Source: a virus
Taxonomy: Duplodnaviria; Caudoviricetes
IMG/VR virus record: IMGVR_UViG_3300044634_000818
Coordinates: 1-39,626 of that record
Reading direction: 5' to 3' (one strand)
Length of the DNA stretch: 39,626 nucleotides
Position numbers and translations under genes: made by a program. Positions 25,221-34,652 of this stretch are shown one piece after another (position 1 is the stretch's first letter; each line of letters opens with the position of its first letter). Below the pieces are notes generated by a model that saw only the letters and a program-made list of their open reading frames with translations, made no database searches and had not been told where the DNA came from.

Positions 25221-26008
25221 TATAACGATAGTTCTAATTGTTGATAACGTTCTACCTGTGGTACGCTAACTATTGCAGGTCTTTTGCTAGAGATCAGTTC
25301 TCCTTGTGCATTTACAAAGAAATCATGAGCATTCATGTGGTCAGTCATCCAACTACCTGGGTGCACTTCCTTCATAGAATGTGTAGTGTGTTGGTAAAGA
25401 TCCCACAATGTATTCTCTACACCATAGTCATAGCTAGGTTTAACTAGCTCCTTGCGAATGATGTTAAGCTGCATAGTAGATATGAGTTGCTCTTCAACAA
25501 CTAAACGACCTAATATCTCGCCTTGTTGTCTTGTGTTAAGCTCCACCTTCTTCATCAACTCACGTTGAATCTGCATCTCTCTAAATGAATCACCTGCACT
25601 CTTGATATACTCAGTGATCGCTGCTGGCGTAAACTCTTGAATAGAACCCTTGTGTGCTTTCTTGAAGGTACCCATGTCACCAGACACACAACCATTAGAA
25701 CATACCATGATGTGTACACCAATAGCAAACTTCAAACTAACCATACGATTGTAGCTGTTCTGCCAACCAATCTGGATCTGCATCTCGCTATCCATAATGT
25801 TAGTGAGTGTAAATCTACCTGTGGCAACTTGACCATCAGCTGCTAATGTATAGGCTTCTTTACCTAATGTAAAGCCTGCACCATCAATAGCTGCTAGTGT
25901 TAAATCAATCAATTGTGCATTGCTTACAGGTTTGTAAGTTGCTGTTTGTGCTGGCACTGGTACATCTGTTACTAAGTGCTTCAAGCTTGTGTAATCTGCT
26001 CTTTTCAT
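25220..26008 (-). CDS. DUF932/DUF945-like protein
   Basis: YKPVSN, NSYN, VCSNG, TLWDLYQ pattern. Confidence 0.7.
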   Translation of the reverse strand: MKRADYTSLKHLVTDVPVPAQTATYKPVSNAQLIDLTLAAIDGAGFTLGKEAYTLAADGQVATGRFTLTNIMDSEMQIQIGWQNSYNRMVSLKFAIGVHIMVCSNGCVSGDMGTFKKAHKGSIQEFTPAAITEYIKSAGDSFREMQIQRELMKKVELNTRQQGEILGRLVVEEQLISTMQLNIIRKELVKPSYDYGVENTLWDLYQHTTHSMKEVHPGSWMTDHMNAHDFFVNAQGELISSKRPAIVSVPQVERYQQLELSL

Positions 26009-26178
26009 TGTTGTGATATTCTGAGTTTAAATCCAAAAAATTTATTTAGTATTCCTTCTAGGTTTTCAATACCTATACATTCGATAGAGTCTCCTTCTGT
26101 AGTCTCTAACCATTCTGTCTCTTGTTGTATCTCATACACAAGATCTTCTACAGCCACTGCTAATTGTTCTACGTTCAT
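26005..26178 (-). CDS. Small acidic hypothetical protein (57 aa), absent from the ORF track
   Basis: MNVEQLAVAVEDLVYEIQQETEWL...; overlaps the primase stop and shares ATGA with the next gene. Confidence 0.65.
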   Translation of the reverse strand: MNVEQLAVAVEDLVYEIQQETEWLETTEGDSIECIGIENLEGILNKFFGFKLRISQQ

Positions 26179-27188
26179 AGTAGTTCTTTTTCTTTTAGAT
26201 AATTTTCTATTGCTTCCATACCATGGACTCTTGCTAAATCAGCCCAATCTTTAATGCCCTCAGATAAATACTTCCTGGGTACATTACAGTAATCAAAGTC
26301 AAATATCTTGGTGATTTGTTGTGAATTCTCTACGCCTGTTATGTCTGAATCAAAACTAAGAATCTGACTAGCAGAATTACTCTTAATATATTCAACGTTC
26401 TCAGGGGAGAAACAACCCAGTCCCTCGTTCTGTACAGCACAGCTGCATGGAAAAAGTTTCTTCATCACCATGTAATCCTTCTTTGATTTGTTAATAAAGG
26501 CAACATCACATTGTTTGATGTCATCTTTACCATCCATCGCAGTGATGGGTACATTGTTTGGTACCCATTTCTTTTTCTTATCCTTAGCATATGGACGATA
26601 TATCTTCCATTTATCTCCATACAAATAACCAAACTTTAACTCATCCATAGGGAAAGAGAACAGTTGTTTGTTAAGATAAACCTTAGATATACTATAAATA
26701 TTATTTGCTTTGAGATCATCAAGACTCTGATGATACTGATTCCAATAAGCTAACTCCTCGTTGGTAAATGATTTGACCATCACCTGGATGTTAGAATATA
26801 TTTTAGGAGCTTTTACTGGTTGAAGGTATTGATTGACAATATACTTGTACACTTCTGTTCTAGTCTCTTTCGAGAAACCTAGTCCAAAGTCCCTGTCAAC
26901 TAAAGCTAGAACTTCTTTCAAATCTTTAAGATTGAACATCATTCTAACAAAATCAAAACAAGAACCTCGTTTGCTTGTGTCTGCAAAATCAATAAACGTT
27001 AACCTTCCATGCTTATTTCCAATCACGAATGATGGATTACGCTCGTTTCTAAATGGAGAAAACGTCACAACATTGGGCTCCCAATCACTATTGGGCATAT
27101 AATATTTAAATATGTCATACTCACTAATCTTGTCAAGTATTAGTTCTGGCGTAAGGTAAGAGTAACGTTTGTTTCCACTTATTGCCAT
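26175..27188 (-). CDS. dnaG: DNA primase (TOPRIM, crAss-like)
   Basis: SPFRNERNPSF...FIDFA (degenerate zinc domain), KIYRP, KSKKD, FDSDITG, KDWADL. Confidence 0.8.
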   Translation of the reverse strand: MAISGNKRYSYLTPELILDKISEYDIFKYYMPNSDWEPNVVTFSPFRNERNPSFVIGNKHGRLTFIDFADTSKRGSCFDFVRMMFNLKDLKEVLALVDRDFGLGFSKETRTEVYKYIVNQYLQPVKAPKIYSNIQVMVKSFTNEELAYWNQYHQSLDDLKANNIYSISKVYLNKQLFSFPMDELKFGYLYGDKWKIYRPYAKDKKKKWVPNNVPITAMDGKDDIKQCDVAFINKSKKDYMVMKKLFPCSCAVQNEGLGCFSPENVEYIKSNSASQILSFDSDITGVENSQQITKIFDFDYCNVPRKYLSEGIKDWADLARVHGMEAIENYLKEKELL

Positions 27189-27207
27189 TTTACATTTTAG
27201 TTTAGAT

Positions 27208-27240
27208 AAAGAAAGCCCAATCTAATATAGACTGGGCTTT
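27208..27240 (-). terminator. Putative terminator between the SSB-like gene and primase
   Basis: AAAGCCCA...TGGGCTTT hairpin. Confidence 0.6.
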
Positions 27241-27261
27241 ACTAAACAATATGGTTACAAA

Positions 27262-28122
27262 TTAATAATCTGAATCATCAACAGCAATCACTTTGTCTGA
27301 CTCAACTAAGTTTGCTTCTGGATCATAGTCATGCAAGTCTTTGAATGTATAGAAATCTTTACATCCATAGTCACCTGTTACAGCAACTACAAAACGCTCA
27401 TGCATCTTTAACTCAGCACTCTTTCTAAATTTAAGACCACGAACTACGTCTGGGTTATTGTAATCAACTAGACGCATGTTTCTGATAGAATAACCTGGGA
27501 AGAATGACTTAACAAAGATGTTCTGATATGACTTAGGACCTTCTCCTTTATCAACAGTTCTTACAGTTGCTAATACGCCAACAGTTTGTGTAAGATCACC
27601 ATCAATTTGTTCTTTTAAATCAGTTAAGTTATTATTCATAACCTTGTCCCAATTTAAGTATATCTCAGTGTCTGGATCAGAAAAGTCAAGAGAACCTAAC
27701 CAAGTACGAACAAATCCTAAGAACTCTTCTTCTCCTATATGTGCTACACGATTTTCACGCTTAGCAAACCATGCAGGTAAAGCCTCTGGACTACTAGCCC
27801 AGCTACACACACCAATGTTATTGATGTATTGCTTCTTAGTGTTGTCCTTGTTAATCTTCTCACCTTTTTCTAACCAAAATGTAGCAGTGGTTCTAAAATC
27901 ACTGTTTACATCTTGCAACCATACGTTAACACGTAACTTACCTGAAACACTGTCATAATAATTAGTTGCATTACTATCTTCTTTTAGGTCAATGCCTAAA
28001 ATCTCTTTGTACTCTAATGGAGTTGGGTTAATAGCAATAACCTTTGCTTCAAATACACCAACTTTCTTTTGGAATTCAGCTCCACCTTGTGGAATTTCTC
28101 TTTTTACTCCTCCTACTGCCAT
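27262..28122 (-). CDS. Putative single-stranded DNA-binding protein
   Basis: Lies between the AAA ATPase and primase; KVIAINPT; acidic C-terminus VDDSDY. Confidence 0.5.
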   Translation of the reverse strand: MAVGGVKREIPQGGAEFQKKVGVFEAKVIAINPTPLEYKEILGIDLKEDSNATNYYDSVSGKLRVNVWLQDVNSDFRTTATFWLEKGEKINKDNTKKQYINNIGVCSWASSPEALPAWFAKRENRVAHIGEEEFLGFVRTWLGSLDFSDPDTEIYLNWDKVMNNNLTDLKEQIDGDLTQTVGVLATVRTVDKGEGPKSYQNIFVKSFFPGYSIRNMRLVDYNNPDVVRGLKFRKSAELKMHERFVVAVTGDYGCKDFYTFKDLHDYDPEANLVESDKVIAVDDSDY

Positions 28123-28143
28123 GGTTTCTAGTTTTTATTTAGT

Positions 28144-28815
28144 TTATTTATAATACTCATCTACTGTGTCTGCAACTAATTGTAAATTGTTAGGAATCTT
28201 GGTGTCTGCAAACATGCCATCAGGACTCTTAGCAGGGAACTTTCTGAACCTATTGGTTACAAAGTTATACGTTACTGAGCCATCTTTGTTCTCCTCTACA
28301 AATGTGTAAAGGCAAACAGTTAACAAGCCCTCTAATAAGATTTGATTATCGATCAACTTACCTGCTGTCTTGATCTTATATCCTACAATCTCTCCACCTT
28401 CTTCAATAGTTTCTGGGTGAGTGAAATAGAATACTTTCAAATCGTCACGTAGTTTACGAGCTTCTTGAAACAAAGCCACCATATCTCTAGCCATGATGCT
28501 AAATTTAGTGAACCCTACTTCTGTTGCTCGTGACACAATGTTAAAACCCATGATGTAGTTTGAATCCTCAATCACAATGTTTTTGATGTGTGGTGCTTTC
28601 TGAGAAATGTTTTGTAACAATCGAGTGATCTCAACTGCGTCATCAATTTCTCTGTAGTTCTTCTTCTCTGCGTTGTACAGACTTTCAGAACCTTTAAAAG
28701 GTAACTCCTTTTTTGCTACATTGATAATGTAGGTTTCTTCTGGATTCAGATGCTTAATCGATGTCGATTTGCCAGTTCCAGTGGATCCAACGATCCCAAT
28801 CAGTTTACTTGCCAT
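28144..28815 (-). CDS. P-loop ATPase (AAA_24/Sak4-like)
   Basis: Walker A GSTGTGKST; IVIEDSNY; KTAGKL; AKSP. Confidence 0.8.
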   Translation of the reverse strand: MASKLIGIVGSTGTGKSTSIKHLNPEETYIINVAKKELPFKGSESLYNAEKKNYREIDDAVEITRLLQNISQKAPHIKNIVIEDSNYIMGFNIVSRATEVGFTKFSIMARDMVALFQEARKLRDDLKVFYFTHPETIEEGGEIVGYKIKTAGKLIDNQILLEGLLTVCLYTFVEENKDGSVTYNFVTNRFRKFPAKSPDGMFADTKIPNNLQLVADTVDEYYK

Positions 28816-28850
28816 GTTTATTTTATTTAGTTTTTACTTACTCTAAATTA

Positions 28851-29945
28851 CTAAATATCAGTCATATTAACAACTTTAATTTTGTCTTTATCAAAGAATT
28901 CTAGTGATTTATTTAACCACTTTTCCTCTACTGCTTCATTGGTGGAAATGATATAAATCTGTGCTTTCTTGTCTGGATTATTGTATTCCATAGCCATGCA
29001 CCTATTTACCTTTTGAGCTAGATTCTCAGCGTTACTGTCAAAGTAATTCAAGATCACTTTGTTTAAAGGTTTGTATGTAACTCCTGTATTACCAATCTTT
29101 ACAACAGCCATGTGGTTTCCTTCTCCTTCTGCAAACCTTTTGAAGCCCTCTTTGTCAGGCGATTTACTATGGTGTGAAGGGATGCCTAAGCTATCTGCAC
29201 TATCAGTAGTACCACAAAATACAAGTATACGCTCGTCTGCATACTTGTTTAACACTGCTCTAGTCATATTTAACTTAGCAATGCTACCTTGGATGATTCT
29301 CATTCTCTTCAGGCGTAACATCATTGTGTTCTTGCCCTCAGAATCAAGCTTCTCGATCACCCAACTACACGCATCAAAATGCTTCTTTTCTGTTCTAGCT
29401 TTACCCTTGATAGTTTGAACAACCTTGTTATCTAATGGCACCTTAATCACTGTGATTTGGTAGTCAACGATAACTCCTTCCTGGATGGCTTGTTCAATAG
29501 GATAGTATGCTAGTACAGGGAGTTGCAATCTCATATCAAGTTCAGACTGTGTAAACGTTGATAGAGTTCCTGTGAGTCCTAACACTTGATGATTCTTCAA
29601 TGTTAAATCATACGCAGCATCTATCTGTGCATCAGATAACAAATGTATCTCATCAATGATTACAATATCATACACATTGTTTACATGTTTATGTAAAGAT
29701 AAGTGTGTTGTGTATGTAATGTTTGAATTGTTGTATCCTCTTGTGTTGAAATCTTGTTCCCAAGAATCCTTGATTTTAACGTCAGGATAGGCGATTAGTA
29801 CAGATATATTTGAATTCATCTTTTCCAAGATGTTAATTGTTGTATATATCTTACCAAACCTAGGACATAGATTTAGGATTCCCCATTTCTTATCAAGCCA
29901 TATCTGTGCAAACTCCTGTTGTCTTTTATTCCTCAGGTTGCTCAT
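28851..29945 (-). CDS. SF2 (DExH) helicase
   Basis: PRFGK, IIDEIH, GLTGT, ILVFC, QKVNR. Confidence 0.85.
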   Translation of the reverse strand: MSNLRNKRQQEFAQIWLDKKWGILNLCPRFGKIYTTINILEKMNSNISVLIAYPDVKIKDSWEQDFNTRGYNNSNITYTTHLSLHKHVNNVYDIVIIDEIHLLSDAQIDAAYDLTLKNHQVLGLTGTLSTFTQSELDMRLQLPVLAYYPIEQAIQEGVIVDYQITVIKVPLDNKVVQTIKGKARTEKKHFDACSWVIEKLDSEGKNTMMLRLKRMRIIQGSIAKLNMTRAVLNKYADERILVFCGTTDSADSLGIPSHHSKSPDKEGFKRFAEGEGNHMAVVKIGNTGVTYKPLNKVILNYFDSNAENLAQKVNRCMAMEYNNPDKKAQIYIISTNEAVEEKWLNKSLEFFDKDKIKVVNMTDI

Positions 29946-30129
29946 CTAGTGTTTCAGTTGTTGGATTAGCTACGTCTCCAAATGCTGTTAGCTGGATGCG
30001 TATCTTCTTCATTTGTAACTCGATACCATTAATCTCTTCCACATCATCTTTAGCAATTGCTTGCTTATACATTGACATAAGCTTGTCATACTTACTTAAT
30101 AAGGCTTGTTTTTCGTTATTTGTTGCCAT
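29926..30129 (-). CDS. Small coiled-coil hypothetical protein
   Basis: 67-aa ORF within the operon. Confidence 0.65.
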   Translation of the reverse strand: MATNNEKQALLSKYDKLMSMYKQAIAKDDVEEINGIELQMKKIRIQLTAFGDVANPTTETLDEQPEE

Positions 30130-30140
30130 TGTTATAATAT

Positions 30141-31208
30141 TTAAGGTTCTAAAAAATACGTTTTATTTACTACTGATTGATAGTCATACTCTGACATGTC
30201 TTTGAGTCTCTTTAATTCTTTAAACATACCAATCTGACCAAGAAAGCCTAAGCCTATTCGTACATCATCCTCACCATAACTATTTTTGATTAGTCTTAGT
30301 GAACGATAATACTTAGCACCAAACTCATCCTTTAATCTATCTAAGTTATAACCACTAGGGTCTGTAACTTTATATCTCATTGGATCAAATAGTGCTAGCA
30401 CAACATCAGCATCGTTCTGTGTAGATGAGCTATCAGCAAAGTCTTCTAGCTGTGGTTCCACATCACCATTCTTAATACGCATTGGGTTAGAGATGTCACG
30501 ATTAAACTGACTCACTACAACAGGGCTGTATCCATAGAAATCTCTAGCATATCTAAGCTCATCAGACATCTTATCGATAGAGTCTTTCTTACTTGGATAG
30601 TCTTTCGTTCTCTTCAATAAACCAACGTGATCAATAACTACTAAGGTTATTGTGTTGTCGTTGTTTGGTACATACACTCTATTATACTTATCAACCTCAT
30701 GTATCTCTCCATTAGCTTCAGCATTATCTCTAAGCTGCTTAGCGATACCCACTGGGTTATCTGGACCATCTATTATAGTAATGATTTCATTCATACTACC
30801 AATATAGTCTTCTTGTAATAAGAATAGATCATGCTCATCATGAGTCATCTTACCAGTCCAGCCCAATAGTTTACTAACAGGAATGATTATTCCATTATCT
30901 AGAAATATCTTTCTACTAACCCATTTAGCCATCTTATATGTCTTACTACGCTCCATTGATCTGTATATAATCTTGAGCTTAATGCCAGATTCCTGACCTT
31001 GTCTAGATATATACCAATCAAATGGATTAAGTACATACGCATCATCGATGAATGAAGTCTTACCAGAACCTGTTAAGCCACCCACCAATGTATACATAGA
31101 CTTACGAATACCAATGTATCTGTTAAGCCTATCAAACCCCATAGGAATACCACTATTCCTACCATCAATACCATCTTGTACAGCCTTAGCTAAGTCTTGA
31201 AATATCAT
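30141..31208 (-). CDS. dnaB: DnaB-like SF4 replicative helicase
   Basis: GGLTGSGKTS, SME, VIDHVGLL, SQFNR, PQLEDFADS, DADVVL, KNSYG. Confidence 0.9.
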   Translation of the reverse strand: MIFQDLAKAVQDGIDGRNSGIPMGFDRLNRYIGIRKSMYTLVGGLTGSGKTSFIDDAYVLNPFDWYISRQGQESGIKLKIIYRSMERSKTYKMAKWVSRKIFLDNGIIIPVSKLLGWTGKMTHDEHDLFLLQEDYIGSMNEIITIIDGPDNPVGIAKQLRDNAEANGEIHEVDKYNRVYVPNNDNTITLVVIDHVGLLKRTKDYPSKKDSIDKMSDELRYARDFYGYSPVVVSQFNRDISNPMRIKNGDVEPQLEDFADSSSTQNDADVVLALFDPMRYKVTDPSGYNLDRLKDEFGAKYYRSLRLIKNSYGEDDVRIGLGFLGQIGMFKELKRLKDMSEYDYQSVVNKTYFLEP

Positions 31209-31831
31209 ATGTCTGTTGTTCCTGTTGGTTTAGCTTGTTCTTCAACCACAATACCTTGTTTAACAAGTTCTATGAATGGTTCGAAACTTCTCTGTGTCAA
31301 ATATGTCAGACTGTTCTGAATGTATTTAAGTTTATTCTCTCCTGATTTGTATGAGTTCTCTTTCTTTTGAAGAACATCAAACTCTATGGCTGCTATCAAA
31401 TCATCTGCAGTGTAATCTCCTTCTGACAAAATGGCGTTAAACTTAAGCCTACAGTTCTCTTCATCTCTACGTAAAGATCTAGATCCTGCGAAGGTTTTAT
31501 CTTTATGTCTAAATGTATCAGTACCTGGGAATGCTTTCCACCATCTCTTGAAATCTTCACTAGCTGGTTTCTTCTTAATCACCTTGTCTTTAGGAGCTTC
31601 CTCTTTCATAAACTTCAATAGATTCCTACCTGTAAGGGTGATCTTATTGTCACCTGATATCAAACCTTTACGATAGATACCTTGACATATAATTTCCATC
31701 TTAGCATCTCCTTGACATATCTCTTTCAGATCATGGCCTTCCTCCACTAATCTAAGGAGGAATACCATGTCTAAACTAAAACCATTCTTTAACAGCTCTT
31801 TAAAATGAAATAGCGTCAATTTTAAGTTCAT
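31205..31831 (-). CDS. Putative replication initiator or helicase loader
   Basis: Directly upstream of dnaB; winged-helix-like N-terminus; FKRWWKAFP...YLTQRSFE resembles phage replisome-organiser C-termini. Confidence 0.5.
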   Translation of the reverse strand: MNLKLTLFHFKELLKNGFSLDMVFLLRLVEEGHDLKEICQGDAKMEIICQGIYRKGLISGDNKITLTGRNLLKFMKEEAPKDKVIKKKPASEDFKRWWKAFPGTDTFRHKDKTFAGSRSLRRDEENCRLKFNAILSEGDYTADDLIAAIEFDVLQKKENSYKSGENKLKYIQNSLTYLTQRSFEPFIELVKQGIVVEEQAKPTGTTDI

Positions 31832-32066
31832 AATTTCTGATTATTCTGCGATCTATTTTTCTAATCAAACTCTGAGGAATGCATACATTAATTTTAGCTT
31901 GCTCTTGTAAAATTTGTAGATCATTAAGATCGACTTTATCGCTCATAAAAACCTCAATTTGAGCGATACCAGGATCATTTAATGATCGATAAAATGCTTG
32001 CATATCTTCTTGTAAATATACTAAATCTTTCTGAGCTTCGTGCTCATAATCTTCGATGTGTATCAT
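31800..32066 (-). CDS. Hypothetical protein
   Basis: 88-aa ORF. Confidence 0.6.
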   Translation of the reverse strand: MIHIEDYEHEAQKDLVYLQEDMQAFYRSLNDPGIAQIEVFMSDKVDLNDLQILQEQAKINVCIPQSLIRKIDRRIIRNYELKIDAISF

Positions 32067-32078
32067 GATTGTTTCTTT

Positions 32079-32246
32079 TTAAAATCTTGATTTAATTACT
32101 TCAATGTGTTTGTCATCAATATATAATGCTAAGTCTACTCTTTCAATATCTTTAATTACTGATTGTTTAAAATCTGTACAAAGAATGGCATTTTTTGAGA
32201 CTCTATTATTACATAAATCTGATTTAGTTAATATTATAATTTTCAT
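32079..32246 (-). CDS. Hypothetical protein (55 aa), absent from the ORF track
   Basis: MKIIILTKSDLCNNRV...IKSRF; TAATG-coupled to the upstream ORF. Confidence 0.6.
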   Translation of the reverse strand: MKIIILTKSDLCNNRVSKNAILCTDFKQSVIKDIERVDLALYIDDKHIEVIKSRF

Positions 32247-32458
32247 TATTCTGTATCATTATAACGTTCATACTCTCTAAACTTTGGATCTAATGTACGT
32301 CCTTCATTGTCCCAAAATTGGTCACAATAAAAGGTTCCCTCTTTACGAGGTGATTCAGAAAAGAACGATTGTCTAAACTGATTCTCTGGTGCTGTGTGCC
32401 TATAGCACGTAAACTTCATAGGACATTTCATGTCCCTACACATACAAATATCACTCAT
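32246..32458 (-). CDS. Small Cys-rich phage protein
   Basis: DICMC....CP....CYR...QSFF...C..FW. Confidence 0.7.
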   Translation of the reverse strand: MSDICMCRDMKCPMKFTCYRHTAPENQFRQSFFSESPRKEGTFYCDQFWDNEGRTLDPKFREYERYNDTE

Positions 32459-32645
32459 TGTTTTGTTGTTTAAATAAAGTTTGTTGTTTTTCTTCTGGGA
32501 AATGTCTATAACCTTTTAAATCATAGGTAATGTATTGACCCATTCTAAATTGAACTATTATATGGTTTTCTAAATAATCTATTATTCCATTACCATATCT
32601 TTCGTCATAAACTCTATCACCTCTTTTAAATGTTATATCAGCCAT
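32451..32645 (-). CDS. Small SH3-like hypothetical protein
   Basis: FKRGDRVYDERYGNGII. Confidence 0.65.
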   Translation of the reverse strand: MADITFKRGDRVYDERYGNGIIDYLENHIIVQFRMGQYITYDLKGYRHFPEEKQQTLFKQQNNE

Positions 32646-32845
32646 CAGATTTCTATTTCTTTAATAACTATATCATTGTCTTTCTTCTTCTGCTGTAAAT
32701 ATGTAATATAATTATCAACCTGTCTTTCTGAATCAAAACGTTTTTCAAGATTATCACCAACATATACATCATAGTCTGTTTCTATAATACAAGTTGAATC
32801 GTTTATAAACCTTGCTTTTTCTCTTTTTATTACTTTAACTTTCAT
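32645..32845 (-). CDS. Hypothetical protein
   Basis: Coupled ORF. Confidence 0.65.
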   Translation of the reverse strand: MKVKVIKREKARFINDSTCIIETDYDVYVGDNLEKRFDSERQVDNYITYLQQKKKDNDIVIKEIEI

Positions 32846-33206
32846 TGTCTTGTTGTTTAGCTATTTCTATAAGTTTATCAATACAAGCATTCTCTGCTTC
32901 TTCGTAGGTGTCAGCCCATCCAATGAAAAAAACATCACCCAAACCAATATCAATTTTCCATTTATATTGATTAGTACTTGGATATGCTTTTCTACGAAAA
33001 TCCATAGTATGATACCAGTTATATTTATTTTGAAACCATCTAAATGCTTGTTGTTTAAGTGGAGCAGCTAAAGTAGAAACACCATCAGCTTTTACATCAC
33101 CATACCATAAATGTTTATCTATAGTATATGTATAATTGTAATCACCATCGTATTTTAACTCATTCAATACTACTGCTTGATCAAAGCTTACAACTTCATT
33201 TTTCAT
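32835..33206 (-). CDS. Hypothetical phage protein
   Basis: APLKQQAFRWF...TYEEAENACIDKLIEI. Confidence 0.7.
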   Translation of the reverse strand: MKNEVVSFDQAVVLNELKYDGDYNYTYTIDKHLWYGDVKADGVSTLAAPLKQQAFRWFQNKYNWYHTMDFRRKAYPSTNQYKWKIDIGLGDVFFIGWADTYEEAENACIDKLIEIAKQQDNES

Positions 33207-33387
33207 GTTGCTTTGTGATTAAAATTCCAGATTTAGTATATCTACCTGGTTCTAACTTACCATGCCATTCATCATGGCTTATTTCCATAGAGAAAGGTTT
33301 GTAAGGTTGAAAAGGTTGAGCTTTAGGCTCTTCTTGTGTACATGATGCCACTCCCAACATCAATAACAAACATAGTTTACTACTCAT
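33196..33387 (-). CDS. Small putative lipoprotein
   Basis: Lipobox LGVAS-C. Confidence 0.55.
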   Translation of the reverse strand: MSSKLCLLLMLGVASCTQEEPKAQPFQPYKPFSMEISHDEWHGKLEPGRYTKSGILITKQHEK

Positions 33388-33458
33388 TTCTTATCTAATA
33401 AGTCTTGTATTTTCATACCTGTAACTATGCCTATAATAAATGCTGCTAGTGCTAACAT
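33384..33458 (-). CDS. 24-aa membrane peptide, absent from the ORF track
   Basis: MLALAAFIIGIVTGMKIQDLLDKK; fills the gap with an ATGA overlap. Confidence 0.45.
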   Translation of the reverse strand: MLALAAFIIGIVTGMKIQDLLDKK

Positions 33459-34006
33459 GCTGCCATACCAAAGAATACATACTGACCATCTCTTTCTGTA
33501 AGAGAAGACTTATACGTAATGCATGCTACGTTAGGATCTTGATTGCTCAAGAACTTCTCCATACGTACAAACGTAGTGTCTTGTGTCTTCTCTGTATGCT
33601 TACGAGCATATTCAACAGCATCACCTTTTGTCTTGAATGACTGTAACTGTCTCTCATCATAGCTACCAACATATACATTGTATCTAAGTTCCCATTTACT
33701 GGTGCCTTTAACAATAGTGTGCTGCACAAATGATTTAATCTTGTTAGTGTTACCTTTTGGCTCTAGTTCACAGATTACATAACAGTCTCTTTTACCCATG
33801 TCACCAATCTTATCATCGATGAACTGTTTAATAGACTTGTTAGTACGATGAAACTCAGACGTGACGTCTCTAAATGTATGACATGTACTGATGGTACCAT
33901 TATAAATGTCATTACCATACTCTTCAATAGCATCTTCTTGTGCTAAGGTGAATGCATCTGATGCACTCTTTGCTCTTTTTCTTAGGATGAATGATTGTGC
34001 TCCCAT
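33452..34006 (-). CDS. Hypothetical phage protein
   Basis: 184-aa ORF; YGNDIYNGTIST; YVFFGMAAC. Confidence 0.75.
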   Translation of the reverse strand: MGAQSFILRKRAKSASDAFTLAQEDAIEEYGNDIYNGTISTCHTFRDVTSEFHRTNKSIKQFIDDKIGDMGKRDCYVICELEPKGNTNKIKSFVQHTIVKGTSKWELRYNVYVGSYDERQLQSFKTKGDAVEYARKHTEKTQDTTFVRMEKFLSNQDPNVACITYKSSLTERDGQYVFFGMAAC

Positions 34007-34030
34007 TGTTTATGATTTAAATTGTGAAAC

Positions 34031-34057
34031 AAAAAAGCCCCAGATTTCTCTGAGGCT
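34031..34057 (-). terminator. Intrinsic terminator
   Basis: Minus strand AGCCUCAGA-GAAA-UCUGGGGCU followed by a U tract. Confidence 0.75.
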
Positions 34058-34063
34058 CAAAGC

Positions 34064-34255
34064 GTTACAAATTGTAACAGTTTAAATAATTCGTAAAAGT
34101 AGTAGTAATACTACTGATTTACGATGTTAAATTACATCGTCTAATTCGACGATAATTCGAATTAATGTGCATTATATTACACTTTTTGTCAAATTTTATA
34201 CCCTTTCACGTATAAATTTTGGAAATAGTGCAATATTATACCCTTTCGCGTATAA
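34064..34255. repeat. Array of different short palindromes plus a 20-bp direct repeat
   Basis: GTTACAA-A-TTGTAAC; AGTAGTA-A-TACTACT; ACGATGT-N6-ACATCGT; ATCGTC-N6-GACGAT; TAATTCGAATTA; TTATACCCTTTC(A/G)CGTATAA twice. Confidence 0.8.
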
Positions 34256-34651
34256 TTAGAATCCAATGAAAAACTTCTTAATCTTCTGCCACAATGTAAG
34301 CTTCTCTTTAATTGGTTTAAATACCAATGTGGTAGTTGTGCTTGTTGTGGGATTAGTTACTTGTTCATAATAGATATCATCTTTGTTATCTGGATTAAAC
34401 TCACGTAATCCTAAATTCAGTTCAAACATAGCCATTGTAAGCTCAGCTCTACGTTTATTACACTTAAATGTCTTCTTAATAAGTGGTAAAGCTGCTTTAC
34501 GCCATTCTAATGTTTGTTCTGTTGTCAGTGTATATATTCTCCAGAACTCTGGTGTATCCACTGCGTCCTGATAAGTTAGCCCTATCATTTCCATTTGCAT
34601 AGAGACCAACTTCCTGTTGATCTCTTCACGTTGTTTCTCTGTTCCTGCCAT
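34256..34651 (-). CDS. Hypothetical protein
   Basis: 131-aa ORF directly after polB. Confidence 0.7.
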   Translation of the reverse strand: MAGTEKQREEINRKLVSMQMEMIGLTYQDAVDTPEFWRIYTLTTEQTLEWRKAALPLIKKTFKCNKRRAELTMAMFELNLGLREFNPDNKDDIYYEQVTNPTTSTTTTLVFKPIKEKLTLWQKIKKFFIGF

Positions 34652-34652
34652 A

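Noticed and set aside
34064-34255. CRISPR or mini-CRISPR array
   Set aside because: Only two copies of a 20-bp repeat with a 20-bp gap; the other units differ and no cas genes are present.
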